In this document: positions 1 to 11,746 of the stretch, piece after piece
Numbering within the stretch: the first letter of the stretch is position 1
Layout of the letters: each line of letters opens with the position of its first letter
Assembly (NCBI GenBank): GCA_951406725.2
Contig: OX597815.1
Location: 207,142,001 to 207,206,000, forward strand
DNA from: Octopus vulgaris
Lineage: Eukaryota
DNA length: 64,000 nt
Direction: 5' to 3'
Notes under the pieces: generated by a model
What the model was told of the DNA's origin: nothing
Seen by the model: the letters and a program-made list of their open reading frames with translations, nothing else
Database searches by the model: none
Made by a program: the position numbers and the translations under genes

Positions 1-501
1 GACTTTGCCTTTCATCCTTTCGGGGTCGATAAATTAAGTACCAGTTACGCACTGGAGTCAATATAATCGACTTAATCCGTTTGTCTATCCTTGTTTGTCC
101 TCTCTGTGTTTCGCCCCTTGTGGGTAGTAAAGAAATAGAAATAGGTATTTCGTCTGCCGCTATGTTCTGAGTTCAAATTCCGCCGAGATCGACTTTGCCT
201 TTCATCCTTTCGGGGTCGATTAAAAAAGTACCAGTTACGCACTGGGGTCGATGTAATCGACTTAATCCGTTTGTCTATCCTCTCTGTGTTTAGCTCCTTG
301 TGGGTAGTAAAGAAATAGGTATTTCGTCTGCCTTTACGTTCTGAGTTCAAATTCCGCCGAGGTCGACTTTGCCTTTCATCCTTTCGGGGTCGATAAATTA
401 AGTACCAGTTACGCACTGGGGTCGATGTAAGCGACTTATTCCATTTGTCTATCCTTGTTTGTCCCCTCTATATTTAGCCCCTTGTGGGCAATAAAGAAAT
501 A
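1..501 (+). mobile_element. Tandem array of three SINE family A units (first unit cut by window edge)
   Basis: Three ~175-bp copies of ggtatttcgtctg...gagttcaaattccgccgaggtcgactttgcctttcatcctttcggggtcgat...ccccttgtgggtagtaaagaaata; box-B-like gagttcaaattcc. Confidence 0.9.
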
Positions 502-863
502 TGAACATAACAGACCTCAACATTAATTTTATTTTTCAACATTACCAAGTATATAATGTAATACAATGTAATCTATTTTTATAGTCTGAAATATAATAAA
601 TAAAACTTGATTTAGTATTTTGAAAGATTTCAATATTTTTATGCTTCGGGTGATAATCATTTCCTCAGTAGATCGACTTTAATATTCAATGTTCCGTATA
701 TTATAACTAATTCAACTTCTACTTGTAATTATTGATCACTGAAGGTACAGTTTTTGTGGTTGCTGCAGTGTCTGTGTTTGTTATTGTTGCTGTTGCTGAT
801 TTTAATGTCATCATAATAAATTTAGACTTACATTATATAATTATTGTGTAATGCCGTTTAGAG

Positions 864-1018
864 AAGGCGTGGGTAATTTTTTTCGAGAAGCGGAACGCAA
901 GAAACATAGCTTATCATCAGAAGGGCTGCACTATTTAAAAAAAGAAAATGATTGAAGGTATTTTTTCTTTAGGTGTGCCATTCAGGAAGTTCTACGGGCC
1001 GCAGGTTGCCCATGATTC
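864..1018. mobile_element. hAT-Charlie-like MITE (degenerate TIRs)
   Basis: Exact 8-bp flanking duplication gtttagag (856-863, 1019-1026); ends aaggcgtgggtaa / ttgcccatgattc; internal gggccgcaggttgccc typical of Charlie MITEs. Confidence 0.65.
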
Positions 1019-2324
1019 GTTTAGAGTATTTTGCTGTTGTCTAGCCTCCAGTCAGCTTTGATTGAATACACTTATGACCAAAAGCCTTCTACTCTTCATC
1101 ATCTCGTCACATATAAGTGATTGTCCAATGTATCTTTTCTAAAATGTCAGAGTATAAAGAAAATAGTAGTATTGCCGCCGTTTTATAAAGATATATAAAT
1201 ATCGTTCAATGCTTTAGAAAATCTATAGTAATGTTTGAGCGTCTTAAAAATGTGTAATTCGCACTTTTTTTAAAGACAAGGTAAGCCATTGTTTTCTATA
1301 TATATTTTTAAACATCTAATTTTTCAAACCTGGTTTCTTTCATTTTTGTTTTAAATTTCCAAACTAAGTTCGCCAGTGATTTATAATCTGATGTTCAGTG
1401 AGACACGAAATGCAAAACGAATAAGTTTTGATGTAGAATATTATTGTACAATATCGTTTTATATTTCGTGTCACACTATTGCACTTGTCCTATATAATCA
1501 ATTAGGTTGGGTTCGTTACCTAAGTTTTTAGTCTTTCTGTCTAGCACCACGTCCTTGAGGTTGCTATTACAACTCGGCATAAAACAATTGCTTACGTCAA
1601 TGTTTTTGTTCCTGTTTTTGTTAATATCTTGCTCAGACAGGTCATCCTGCCTAGAGCGAAAATACCCATGGATCAAAGACCTTCTAGTCTTTTTTTAGGA
1701 TAATAGTGCCTAGCACTGTGTGGCATTCTTTTATCAACGCGTCAAGATGTGATTTGAAATATTATTATTTCTAAGAGGTAAGCAACCTCATACAGGTCCC
1801 AACTATGACCCATTGCTGTAGTTGATTACTAGATCACCCTTAATGAAGACAAGCTGACTAATGAGCAAAAGGATTCCAACTGTGACTACTCTCTTTTATT
1901 CCGATATACTGAATTTAGGAACACTTTGTATAACCAGTAGGTTCCGATTTGAAGGAGGTTTGACTGCAATTTCCATCATGTCAGTTGACCACACAGAGGC
2001 TCCTTTTTGGCTCGTTCTCCTTGTTATGTAATGCTGACATTGTAGCTGCTTTAGCTGCTGAGGGGTTGTTGTCATTAGAGTGACCTTCTACAGCTGATGC
2101 TGCTATTGATTAACATAATTGCTGCCATTGATGTCGCTGTTTTTGTCGCAAACATTAATTCACAAACATTTTTATGTCTGACGTAGAGTAAGAAAATTAA
2201 AGCAAATAATAATTTACGTGAAATTTCGAAGACTGGCGTGATGGACGGGAAGAAGAAAACAAGCATTATTGGTGTCTGCAAATCACTGACTTGATCTGAA
2301 TGCACAGTGGGCTATAGCAAAGGT

Positions 2325-2632
2325 GTGGAGGCACATGGCTTAGTGGTTAGGGCAGCGGACTCGCGGTCGAGGGATCGCGGGTTCGAATCTCAGACCGAAC
2401 GATGTGTGCGTTTATGAGCGAAACACCTAAGCTTCACGCGGCTGCGGCAGAAGGTAATGGCGAACCTCTGCTGACTCTTTCACCACAACTTTCTCTCACT
2501 CTTTCCTCCTACATCATGTAGCTCACCTGCAACGGACCGGCGTCCCGCCAAGGTGGGGAACCTATACGCCAAGGAAACTGAGAGACCGGACCGGCCCTTA
2601 TGAGCTAGGCATGGCTCGAGAAGGAACAAAAA
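2325..2632 (+). mobile_element. tRNA-derived SINE (family-C head, alternative tail; family D)
   Basis: Box A tggcttagtgg, box B ggttcgaatc; 12-bp TSD tatagcaaaggt at 2313-2324 and 2633-2644. Confidence 0.9.
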
Positions 2633-3012
2633 TATAGCAAAGGTACATCAGAACCAGGAACTGGTGTTAAAATGATAAATAGATGAAGTTTAATTTAATT
2701 TAATTTTCCTTCATATGGTCATTGAGAAGATGAAGAGTAATGCTCAAAACTCTTTTCAGGGACTCCGAGACAGTGGAACGAAATTATCCTCAAACCGGAG
2801 ATCCGGTCCAAAAGTGTGCAAGAGAACGAACTCCCTTGAAACACTCAAGGGTTATGCATTTGAACTGGATTTTAGATAAAGCCAACACATATCTGATCAA
2901 GAACGTGGATGTACTAATCTACTAATCTACGCAAGGGGATATATAAACATTAAATTTAAATAAACTTAATATTTATATAAACAGATTATAGCTTGTTCTC
3001 CTAGTTCCACTA

Positions 3013-3870
3013 TGGGCGCAGATAAGGCCGTGTTGTTATGAAGTTCACTTTGCAACTGTGTGGATTCGTGTTCCGTCCCTGTGAAGCGGCACCTTGGGCA
3101 AGCATCTTCTACTAAATGCCTTACTTACTTGTACTTGTGACGGCGTTCACCCAGGGCGGGTTGAGCCGGCTTCTTCTCTGGTCCTGACAGCATCACGAAC
3201 CATGGCGGCCCATGCTTGACGGTCCTGTGCGAGGTCACTGGAGATATCGAGCCATTCGCGGTTCCATTAGGATTCATAGAAGTTGTTTCGTGGGAATATT
3301 GAATTCACAAGCGGTCCCCGATATCCCGCATGCATATCCCGAGTGACGGGATGCCCTGTTTGCCGCGGAGTCTCCACAGACGCAGGGACAGAACGACCTC
3401 GAAGCCACCGGTTGCCGATCAGACACCTCTTGGAATTTTCACCAGAGCCCCGTTGGCCAGGTTGCGGCCCTAATACCGCTCGGTGCCAGACCAATCCGCC
3501 TTGGGTGGCCCTACCAGGAACCGAAGTTCTCGACGGCATAGCTCTGACACTGCCCGTTTACACCACCCTACCGCTTTGAGGAGGGGTTGAACTTTAGGGT
3601 ACTAAATGCGTTGAGTGAATTTGGTTGACGAAAACTGTGTGGAAACCCGTCCTCTATGTGTGCATGTGTGTCTGTGTCTTTGCGTTTGATCCCCCACCAC
3701 TGCTTAACCTGTGTTGATGAGTTTACTTTCTCATAAGTAAATGTTCGGCAAAATAGATCAATAAGATAAGCGCCAGATTTGAAAAAAATATGTGCTGGAG
3801 TAGATTTATTCGACCAAAACTGTCAATTTAGCGCCCTTGCACGGTCACAGTCCAATGACTGAATTAAAAA
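3013..3870 (+). mobile_element. Degenerate SINE family B interrupted by an RTE-derived insert
   Basis: ggcaccttgggcaagcatcttctact before 3120; gagtgaatttggttgacgaaaactg...aatgactgaa after 3600. Confidence 0.75.
3120..3599 (-). mobile_element. Non-autonomous bipartite RTE-clade retroposon (5'UTR-like part + ORF C-terminus + tail)
   Basis: 10-bp TSD tactaaatgc (3110-3119, 3600-3609); minus strand 3266-3147 encodes WNREWLDISSDLAQDRQAWAAMVRDAVRTREEAGSTRPG* (RTE-type C-terminus); (caagta)n tail; RTE-like 5'UTR motif gagctatgccg...cctggtagggccacccaaggcgga. Confidence 0.8.
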
Positions 3871-5598
3871 GCTAAAACATATTCTCACTGCTGCTGTTGC
3901 GTTTATATAACTCGTGATATTGTTACCGTATTAGTTCCGAGTCATTGAGATCGCATTAGTTCTGAATCAACGCGGTCATTTAACCTGCTAGAAATAGAAG
4001 GCAATCCTTTTATTTTTTTTCTTTCAGATATTACCCATGCGCAATACTATTTTGATATAAAGAATAGAGACGTTATATAGCTTCGTTCTACTCACCCTTT
4101 AAAGTACAGGATGTTCACGGATGAAATGCCTTTGATTCATAAGACTACTTGATGTCAAGGTTGACTTGGGGCTAAACAACGAACGAAAGAACATCAGCAA
4201 CAAAGGTATTGGTTGTTCTGACAACAAAACTGCGTTGGGATAATCCTAGTTTTGTTGTTGATGTTTTCTTTCTCACATTACTCAACGGAAGGAAATTATT
4301 GCATGCGGCTGTTAGGACGCTGTCGATATGGCACAGATGACTGGACATTCAGCTTTGGCGAAATTACCTTCCAGCGCCGGAGGGGAAACCCGCGCGCACA
4401 GAAATATATACCTACAGACGTACAGATTGAAAGGATGAGAGTGAGAGCGGGAGAGAGGGAAGGAGAGAAAGACATCACAGTTCATTAATTGAACACGATT
4501 GGCATAAACACTTTCCCTCTCCTTTCTCATCATCCATATAAAGAGAAAAATCTCACACATAAATGCAGAGGGAGGGAGGGAGAGAGAACGGGGATAGAGT
4601 GAGAGAATAAGAGAATCATTAAAATGCCTGATGTCAAATAAGTCAGCATCAAATCAGCGACACCTACTAGGCGGCACTAGAACGTTTGTGCCAAAGTGGC
4701 TTTGCCAAAACGTGTCATATCCGTTATACGTGCGTTTTCCTGCGAATGATCGATTATACATTATACTTCAATTGCCGAACATGTCTTCCGTTGTTACTCT
4801 AAACTTAATGTCTTACAAACCCTACAGAATATATCCAACAATGTATGACTATGAAACCGTCTTTGACTTTACCCTACACAACACACGTTACAATAAATAC
4901 TAGTTTTGTATTGAGTACAACTCACCGATTATATTTCTTCTTCGATATATCTGGGATCACGCACAAGTATAAGGAATCATATAGGGAATAATAAAAACTG
5001 GTAGAGCATCCGATTGAACGTCTTGTCTAACACAAAGCATTTAGTCCATTTATATTCTAAGCACAAACAACAGTAGTTTCAACACCGCATTTTATCCTCC
5101 AAACGTCAATAAATTAGTACTTGTAACAAACGCGGGTCGAGTTATTCGAATATCTATCTTCATACATTAAAATGTGTAGCCTCGTGACTATTAAAGAGTC
5201 ATTATTGTTGTGAAGATAGCGAAGAAGTATGAATAGTGGATCGACGGACGCTATAGTCTCCTAAAAAAAATAAATGACCTCGTGCCAAATTGAGAAATAA
5301 CCGTTTTTTTTTTCGGGCGCTTGTAGGACGAATCCGGCTATCGGCTGATCCTTCATGAAAACCCCCCTATCATTTTCTTGAACATTATGCAGTTTGGGTT
5401 CGCATGAGGAAGCTGAGGCAAAGGAAGCTGTGGGGTGGAAGCGACTGAAAGAGCTGAAATAATATTTTTTCTTATCGGTCAGGCCCTCATCCGCCTTTTC
5501 CAAGCCCACCTAGAAATAGAAGTAAGAATGAACATGAAGATCGTAATCCACACTTGTAAATTTTATCAAAAGTTCAAAGACATCAGTGAGCTTAGAGA

Positions 5599-5988
5599 TG
5601 GAATGGAAGCACTCCGTCGGTTAAGACGACGTGGGTCCCGGTTGATCCGAATCAACGGAACAGCCTGCTCGTGAAATTAACGTGTAAGTGGCTGAGCACT
5701 CCACAGACACGTGTACCCTTAACGTAGTTCTCGGGGATATTCAGCGTGACACACAGAGTGACAAGGCCGGCCCTTTGAAATACAGGTACAACAGAAACAG
5801 GAAGTAAGAGTGAGAGAAAGTTGTGGTGAAAGAGTACAGCAGGGATCACCACCATCCCCTGCCGGAGCCTCGTGGAGCTTTAGGTGTTTTCGCTCAATAA
5901 ACACTCACAACGCTCGGTCTGGGAATCGAAACCGCGATCCTATGACCGCGAGTCCGCTGCCCTAACCACTGGGCCATTGCGCCTCCAC
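5599..5988 (-). mobile_element. SINE family C (tRNA-derived, probably tRNA-Arg-like head)
   Basis: Full-length copy; TSD gagc(t/a)tagaga at 5588-5598 and 5989-5999; box A tggcccagtgg, box B ggtttcgattcc. Confidence 0.92.
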
Positions 5989-6416
5989 GAGCATAGAGAA
6001 CATCTTCAACATACACGTGAAGATTAAAGAATGACAGCTTGACTATAGCATTTGCCTTTAGCTGCAAGGGTCTTTGGTATTCTTTGATGGATCTCAAATG
6101 GTGGTCTTATTCTAGGGACAATGAAAAATTGTCTATACTGTCTATTCTTTCACTGCAAGCCCTTGATTTTTGTAACCTATACCTTTAAATTTTCCAAATT
6201 CGTTTTCGTTGTGGCGTATTAAACCCCGCCCCCTCCTTATACAAAAATACTATAATTCAATGATCCAGAGCACGTGGATCCTCACTTACCCAATACAAAA
6301 TCCCACAGAAAAATTTGGAATCTTCTGAATAGCATAGGGGTGGTTTTAGCACAGATCAAAAATGTGGGGCACCCTGATGAACGCAAGTAAAGATCTAATT
6401 GTTATATAGATATATT

Positions 6417-6824
6417 CTCTCTTTTACTCTTTTACTCTTTTACTTGTTTCAGTCATTTGACTGCGGCCATGCTGGAGCACCGCCTTTACTCGAGCAACTC
6501 GACCCCGGGACTTATTCTTTTTGTAAGCCCAGTACTTATTCTATCGGTCTCTTTTGCCGAACCGCTAAGTAACAGGGACATAAACACACCAGCATCGGTT
6601 GTCAAGCAATGCTAGAGGGACAAACACAGACACACACATATACATATATATACATATATACGACAGGCTTCTTTCAGTTTCCGTCTGCCAAATCCACTCA
6701 CAAGGCATTGGTCGGCCCGGGGCTATAGCAGAAGACACTCGCCCAAGGTGCCACGCAGTGGGACTGAACCCGGAACCATGTGGTTGGTAAGCAAGCTACT
6801 TACCACACAGCCACTCCTGCGCCT
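6417..6824 (-). mobile_element. SINE family B
   Basis: Full-length copy: head ggcgcaggagtggctgtgtggtaag, ccttgggc core, internal (TA/TG)n, (gtaaaaga)n tail. Confidence 0.92.
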
Positions 6825-8057
6825 ATATTGTTGTAATTATTCTGCGTTTTATCATATTTCTTTTAAATTGTTTCGATATAAATTTTTGTTTTATATATTT
6901 TTCATTGCTGCACTTTTATATGGTAGCTTTCAACCCACCACCTCATCTTCGTGCAGCTACTCCGTCTTGTGTATCTCTGAGTCATTGTGATTAATACAGA
7001 AGAGATCCTTATTATCGCTGCTACTTCTTATGTTCCAAGTTCTAATCTAGTCGAGGTTAACTTTGTATATAATTCTTTCCGGGGCCGATATAATTACCTA
7101 ACCACCTTCCCTTCAAAAATTGCTGACCTTGGGCCTAAATTAGAAACCTCGTTGTTGCTAACATCGGCGTTTATGTGGTTGCTATTGATGCAATTGCTAT
7201 TATTACTCTTCAAGTGAACGGTTCCTCTCCGCCGGCTGACAAACACAACAATCTGCACATTCCCACGAAAAGGTTAGATAAATGCTCCATACTTTACACA
7301 GGCCAAATACAGATTTACATCTACATACTGTTTCTCTCAAGCAATAGATAAGACTATCAGATGTATTTTGAATGATGCAGAAGTTGTGCTGGTTGTACAG
7401 CTGTCGGTAGTTATGGTGACAGTGTTAATGATATTTACGCTAGTTTGGTATAGTTGTGATGTGGGTGATGGTGTTAATAGCGATTTTGTTTGTAATGCTG
7501 GATGTGGAGGTGGTATTTGAGATAAAGGCGATAATGAAGTTGTTGGCGGCGGTGGATGATAATGATGTGGATGGGGGCGGGGGAAATACGGTTGCTGCAA
7601 AAGGGAGGTTCGTGTGTTTAGACTAAACTAATAAATGGGTTGACGGGTAGGAAAACATGGCGACCGACCTGCTGTCATTAAGGCTAACAAACTTCAATTA
7701 TCTATTAAAAAAAACCATTGAAAAAATAAAACAAAAGTATAATAAATATGAAGGTTATAAGTCTGTTATGAAGTCACCGGTTTCACTTTGTGGGTCATTA
7801 TATAGGCGATGTCTATTGAAGAGGATAATTCAAGTGAAAGTGTTTGTCTCAGTTGTTGATGTTATTTTGTTTCAGTCTACCTCTAATCCAAACAGTCTCG
7901 TAATGAAATACTTTCTACTCGTAATCATCCCGAATTTTGGGAAGAATACTTAGAACTACATTATCTGCTGCGCCCTTCTTATTTTAAGACGGTAAAATGT
8001 GGTTTCGGGGAGATTTGACTGCTATCTATAGCAGGTGCGTTTTAAAGTGAAAGGTGC

Positions 8058-8463
8058 CGTGAAGGCGCATGGCTCAATGATCAGATGTGAAGGTGCATGG
8101 TTCAGTGGTTAGAGCAGTGGTTTTCAAACAGGGTTCCTCGGAACCTTAGGGTTCCGCCAGTATAGTCCAGGGGTTCCGCAAGAAGTTACAAAAATGCTAA
8201 AATCGACAGTAATTTTTAATTCTCTTGTGCAGATATGTGTGCATAAGACAATTAAATTATTGCACAGGGGTTCCTCGAGCAGTGTAAAATGTTTTCTTGG
8301 GGTTCCGCTCCAGCAAAAAGGTTGAAAAGCACTGGTTTAGAGCATCGGGCTCACAATCCTGAGGTAGTGAGTTCGATTCCCGGACCGAGCTGTATTGCGT
8401 TCTTGAGCAAGACACTTTATTTCACGTTGCTCCAGTTCATTCAGTTGTAGAAATGAGTTGCGA
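8058..8463 (+). mobile_element. tRNA-derived SINE (family E, CORE-like body) split by a MITE
   Basis: gtgaaggcgcatggctca head; gagttcgattcc box B; ttcttgagcaagacactttatttcacgttgctccag body shared with 25278-25482. Confidence 0.75.
8115..8334. mobile_element. hAT-Charlie MITE, 220 bp
   Basis: TIRs cagtggttttcaaac / ggttgaaaagcactg; 8-bp TSD g(g/t)ttagag; internal ggggttcc repeats. Confidence 0.9.
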
Positions 8464-8609
8464 AGGGGCCTCTACTATTTAACGTTCCCCAAGGAGGATA
8501 TTGTGAATAAAGAGGTGGCTAGGGAGGGGCGATGCATCAGCTTTTTAATCTTTGACTACTATTTAAAGATTTACTCCTAAACTGTTTTTAATGTAGTATT
8601 GTAATAAAT

Positions 8610-9125
8610 TAACGTCAGTACGCCGGACGAAATTCTTAGCGGTATTTCTTCTGCCGTTACGTTCTGAGTTCAAATTCCGCCGATGTCGACTTTGCCTTTC
8701 ATCCTTTCGGCGTCGATAAATTAAGTACCAGTTACGCACTGGGGTCGATATAATCGACTTAATCCGTCTACCTGTCCTTGTTTGTCTCCTCTGTGTTTAG
8801 CCCCTTGTGGGTAATAACGAAATAGGTATTTTGTCTGTCTTTATGTTCTGAGTTCAAATTCCGCCGGGGTCGACTTTGCTTTTCATCCTTTCGGGGTCGA
8901 TGAATTAAGTACCAGTTGCGTACGTACTGAGATCGATTTACTCGATTGCTCCCTCTCCCCAAACATTTCGGGCTTTGTGCCTCGGGTAGAAAATATTGAA
9001 ACAATTTAAGGAGGTGAGCTGGCTGAATCTTTAGCACGCCAGGCAAAATGCTTACTGACATTTCGTCCGTCCTTACGTTCTGAGTTCAAAATCCGCCGAG
9101 GTCTACTTTGCCTTTCGGAATCCTT
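8610..9125 (+). mobile_element. Cluster/tandem of SINE family A copies
   Basis: Two tandem units joined at gaaata|ggtattt plus a third partial copy from ~9010. Confidence 0.85.
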
Positions 9126-9239
9126 TTGGAATCGAAAATGCTGGCCTCGTGCCAAAATCTGAAATATCATAATAAAATTCGTATAAATAATCACTGCGAC
9201 GACGATAACACCAACAACAAAAATAGACTTCGGAAAGGA

Positions 9240-9490
9240 TCCTTGGGCAAGTGTCTCCTATGGCCGTTGGTCGACCAAAGCCTTTTTAGTGGATTCATTA
9301 AACGGACACTGAAAGAAATGTGCGTATGTGTCCCCCCCTCTCCACCGTAACTTATGTCCCGATAACTTAGTGAGACCGACATGATAAATACCAGGTTTAA
9401 GAAAGAGTAGTGTGGTTGATTTATTCGACTAAAAACCTTCCGGGCAGTGCCCCAGTATGGTCGCGGTAAAATGACTGAAACAAGTAAAAC
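9240..9490 (+). mobile_element. Degenerate partial SINE family B
   Basis: ccttgggcaagtgtct...gaccaaagcc...atgactgaaacaagtaaaa. Confidence 0.75.
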
Positions 9491-10404
9491 GTACAAAAAA
9501 AAAGATATATAAAATCTGTGCTTGTAATATTTAATATTTAAATATTACAAACACATTGTAATATTTAATTTAATTTAATATGTGACGGTGTTATGAACCC
9601 ACGTCGAATTAGTAACTTGAATTAAATTATTCTGACCTGATATTTTAGGAGCGCTGAAGAGGAGGAGAGCAGTGAGAAAGCGTGGGGGTGATAGTTAAAT
9701 AGTTTAAAAAACACCGGTGTAAATGCTCAGAAGAAGCTGAAGGCAGAGATGTTCGTAGTGGATATAGAGACAGTGTCAGTGTAGAGTGAATCATGATATT
9801 TTAGTTGGTAAGCTGATTAAGAAATTTGGTAGAGTGTGATTTGTAGAATATTTGCTCATATTTATTGCAAATCAAACGACAACGTAGAGATTGTCCCGTT
9901 GCATTGAACTTGTAATTTTGTTGTTGTTTCAGATCAACAATGGAGTTCATTTATTTCGACATGATTTCTACTTTGCATAATGACTCACTAATTTCATCAC
10001 AAGATTTATAAATGCAGCAGGTTTGATAAGGTTTGTGGTCTCTCACAATTCTTGAGAATCTACAGATCATAAAGACGCATGGTGGGTGTCGTAGTGCGAC
10101 CGGAAATTCTCGTGGGAATTCACAACTCAATCTCTTGTTTATCGTTTGAATAGCTTCACTACATTTGTTTATCCTGTAACGCGTTTGATGAAAGCATGGA
10201 TGTTAAGTCATCCCAGTTCATCACCTTTGTAAGAAAGCGTCGTACATTTAGAGTATAGAGTTTAACATATGTTTTATGAAATCTATTGTGCTGCTACCAC
10301 AATGCAGTTTGTATTCAAGGTCCCCCTATTTATTTTATTCCCATATCATTGAAAATAGTTGCCTTCAGCAAAAGTTTATTGATCTGAAGTAATATATGTT
10401 TTCT

Positions 10405-10540
10405 TATTACCCACACGGGGCTAAACATAGAGGGGACAAACAAAGACAGACAAGCGAATTAAGTCGATTACAACGACCCCAGTGTGTAACTGGTACTTAA
10501 TTTATCGACCCCGAAAAGATGAAAGGCAAAGTCGACGTCG
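10405..10540 (-). mobile_element. 5'-truncated SINE family A
   Basis: Reverse complement of family A 3' half. Confidence 0.85.
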
Positions 10541-10837
10541 TTATCACACCCGCGTAAGTTCGAATTTCATTCTTGTCCTCAAATTCGTTATAGCTTGTTG
10601 AAAAGGGAAGGGCTTATGTCTTGTTAATTAGAAACGAGCCAAGATGGAGTCGGCAAAACTTTCATTTTGTAAAAGCACCAAGAAATTTGATAAAAGCTGA
10701 ATTATAATTATTGTATGTATGCTTTAATTTCTGGCATTACCTATGGTGGCAAAAGTATTCTTCTAAAGTTCCCCGTCGTATGACAGTTAACACTAGGTAT
10801 TCACACACACACGTGTATATATATATATATTTTTTTT

Positions 10838-11058
10838 TTGTACTTATTTCAGTCATTTGACTGCGGCCATGCTGGAGCACCGCCTTTTAGAGTGGTGAAA
10901 GAGTACAGCAGGGATCACCACCATCCCCTGCCGGAGCATCGTGGAGCTTTTAGGTGTTTTCGCTCAATAAACACACACAACGCCCGGTCTGGGAATCGAA
11001 ACCGAGATCCTCCGACCGCAAGTCCGCTGCCCTAACCACTGGGCCATTGCGCCTCCAC
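10838..11058 (-). mobile_element. Chimeric SINE: family C head fused to family B tail
   Basis: Minus strand reads C head up to ctctttcaccac, then ctaaaaggcggtgctccagcatggccgcagtcaaatgactgaaa (B tail). Confidence 0.8.
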
Positions 11059-11746
11059 ACATATATATACATATACGCACACACATATGTATGCATGTAT
11101 GAATGTATGTATAAATCAATCAAGAACTGAGAAGGAATGAAATCGTCTAATTTACATCACAAATACACTCACACACGCGCGCTTATACGTATATACGTAG
11201 TCATGCGCGCGCGTGTGTGTGCGCGTATTTATTTCTCATTTTAATCTTGGATGCGCTGTCATACATGTCTCAGTGCCGTGCGTTTGTATGAAAGATAACT
11301 GGAGAACAACGGAGAGAGAGAGGAGGAGGAGGAGACAGACAAGAGCGAGAAAGAAAGAAATGAACGGGGGACTGTGAGACATAAGGCGAGAGATACGTAG
11401 ACAGGTTGATGAAGAGACAGAAACAGAGCGAGAGAAATGGTGCGATATGGATTTAAATTGGTAATTAATTGTGGTTGAGATGACCTGAACTGATTAAGGT
11501 TGTTGTGTCAGATTCGTTATAACTTACAGCCATAAATGAATTCAGTCAGTGATTAACTGACAACAATTCGCTATTCAGGTAACATCAATGTTACCGTAGT
11601 GGAAGTAATGCTGCTGTTGTAAAGGATGTGTATATACATTCGTGAGACAAACACACACACACACACAGACGAATATACACACACGTTTGTTTATATCCAT
11701 CCATCCATTCATCGACTCATGCAAACGTAATATATACGCACTTAAA

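Noticed and set aside
5652-5904. Recurrent identical ORFs MVVIPAVLFHHNF... / MFIERKHLKLHE... at five loci
   Set aside because: Incidental frames within young SINE C copies; identity reflects recent retrotransposition, not a gene family.
7337-7600. Pro/Thr/His-rich 87-aa ORF
   Set aside because: Derived from degenerate GAT/GGT/GTT triplet low-complexity sequence; starts at a non-ATG codon.
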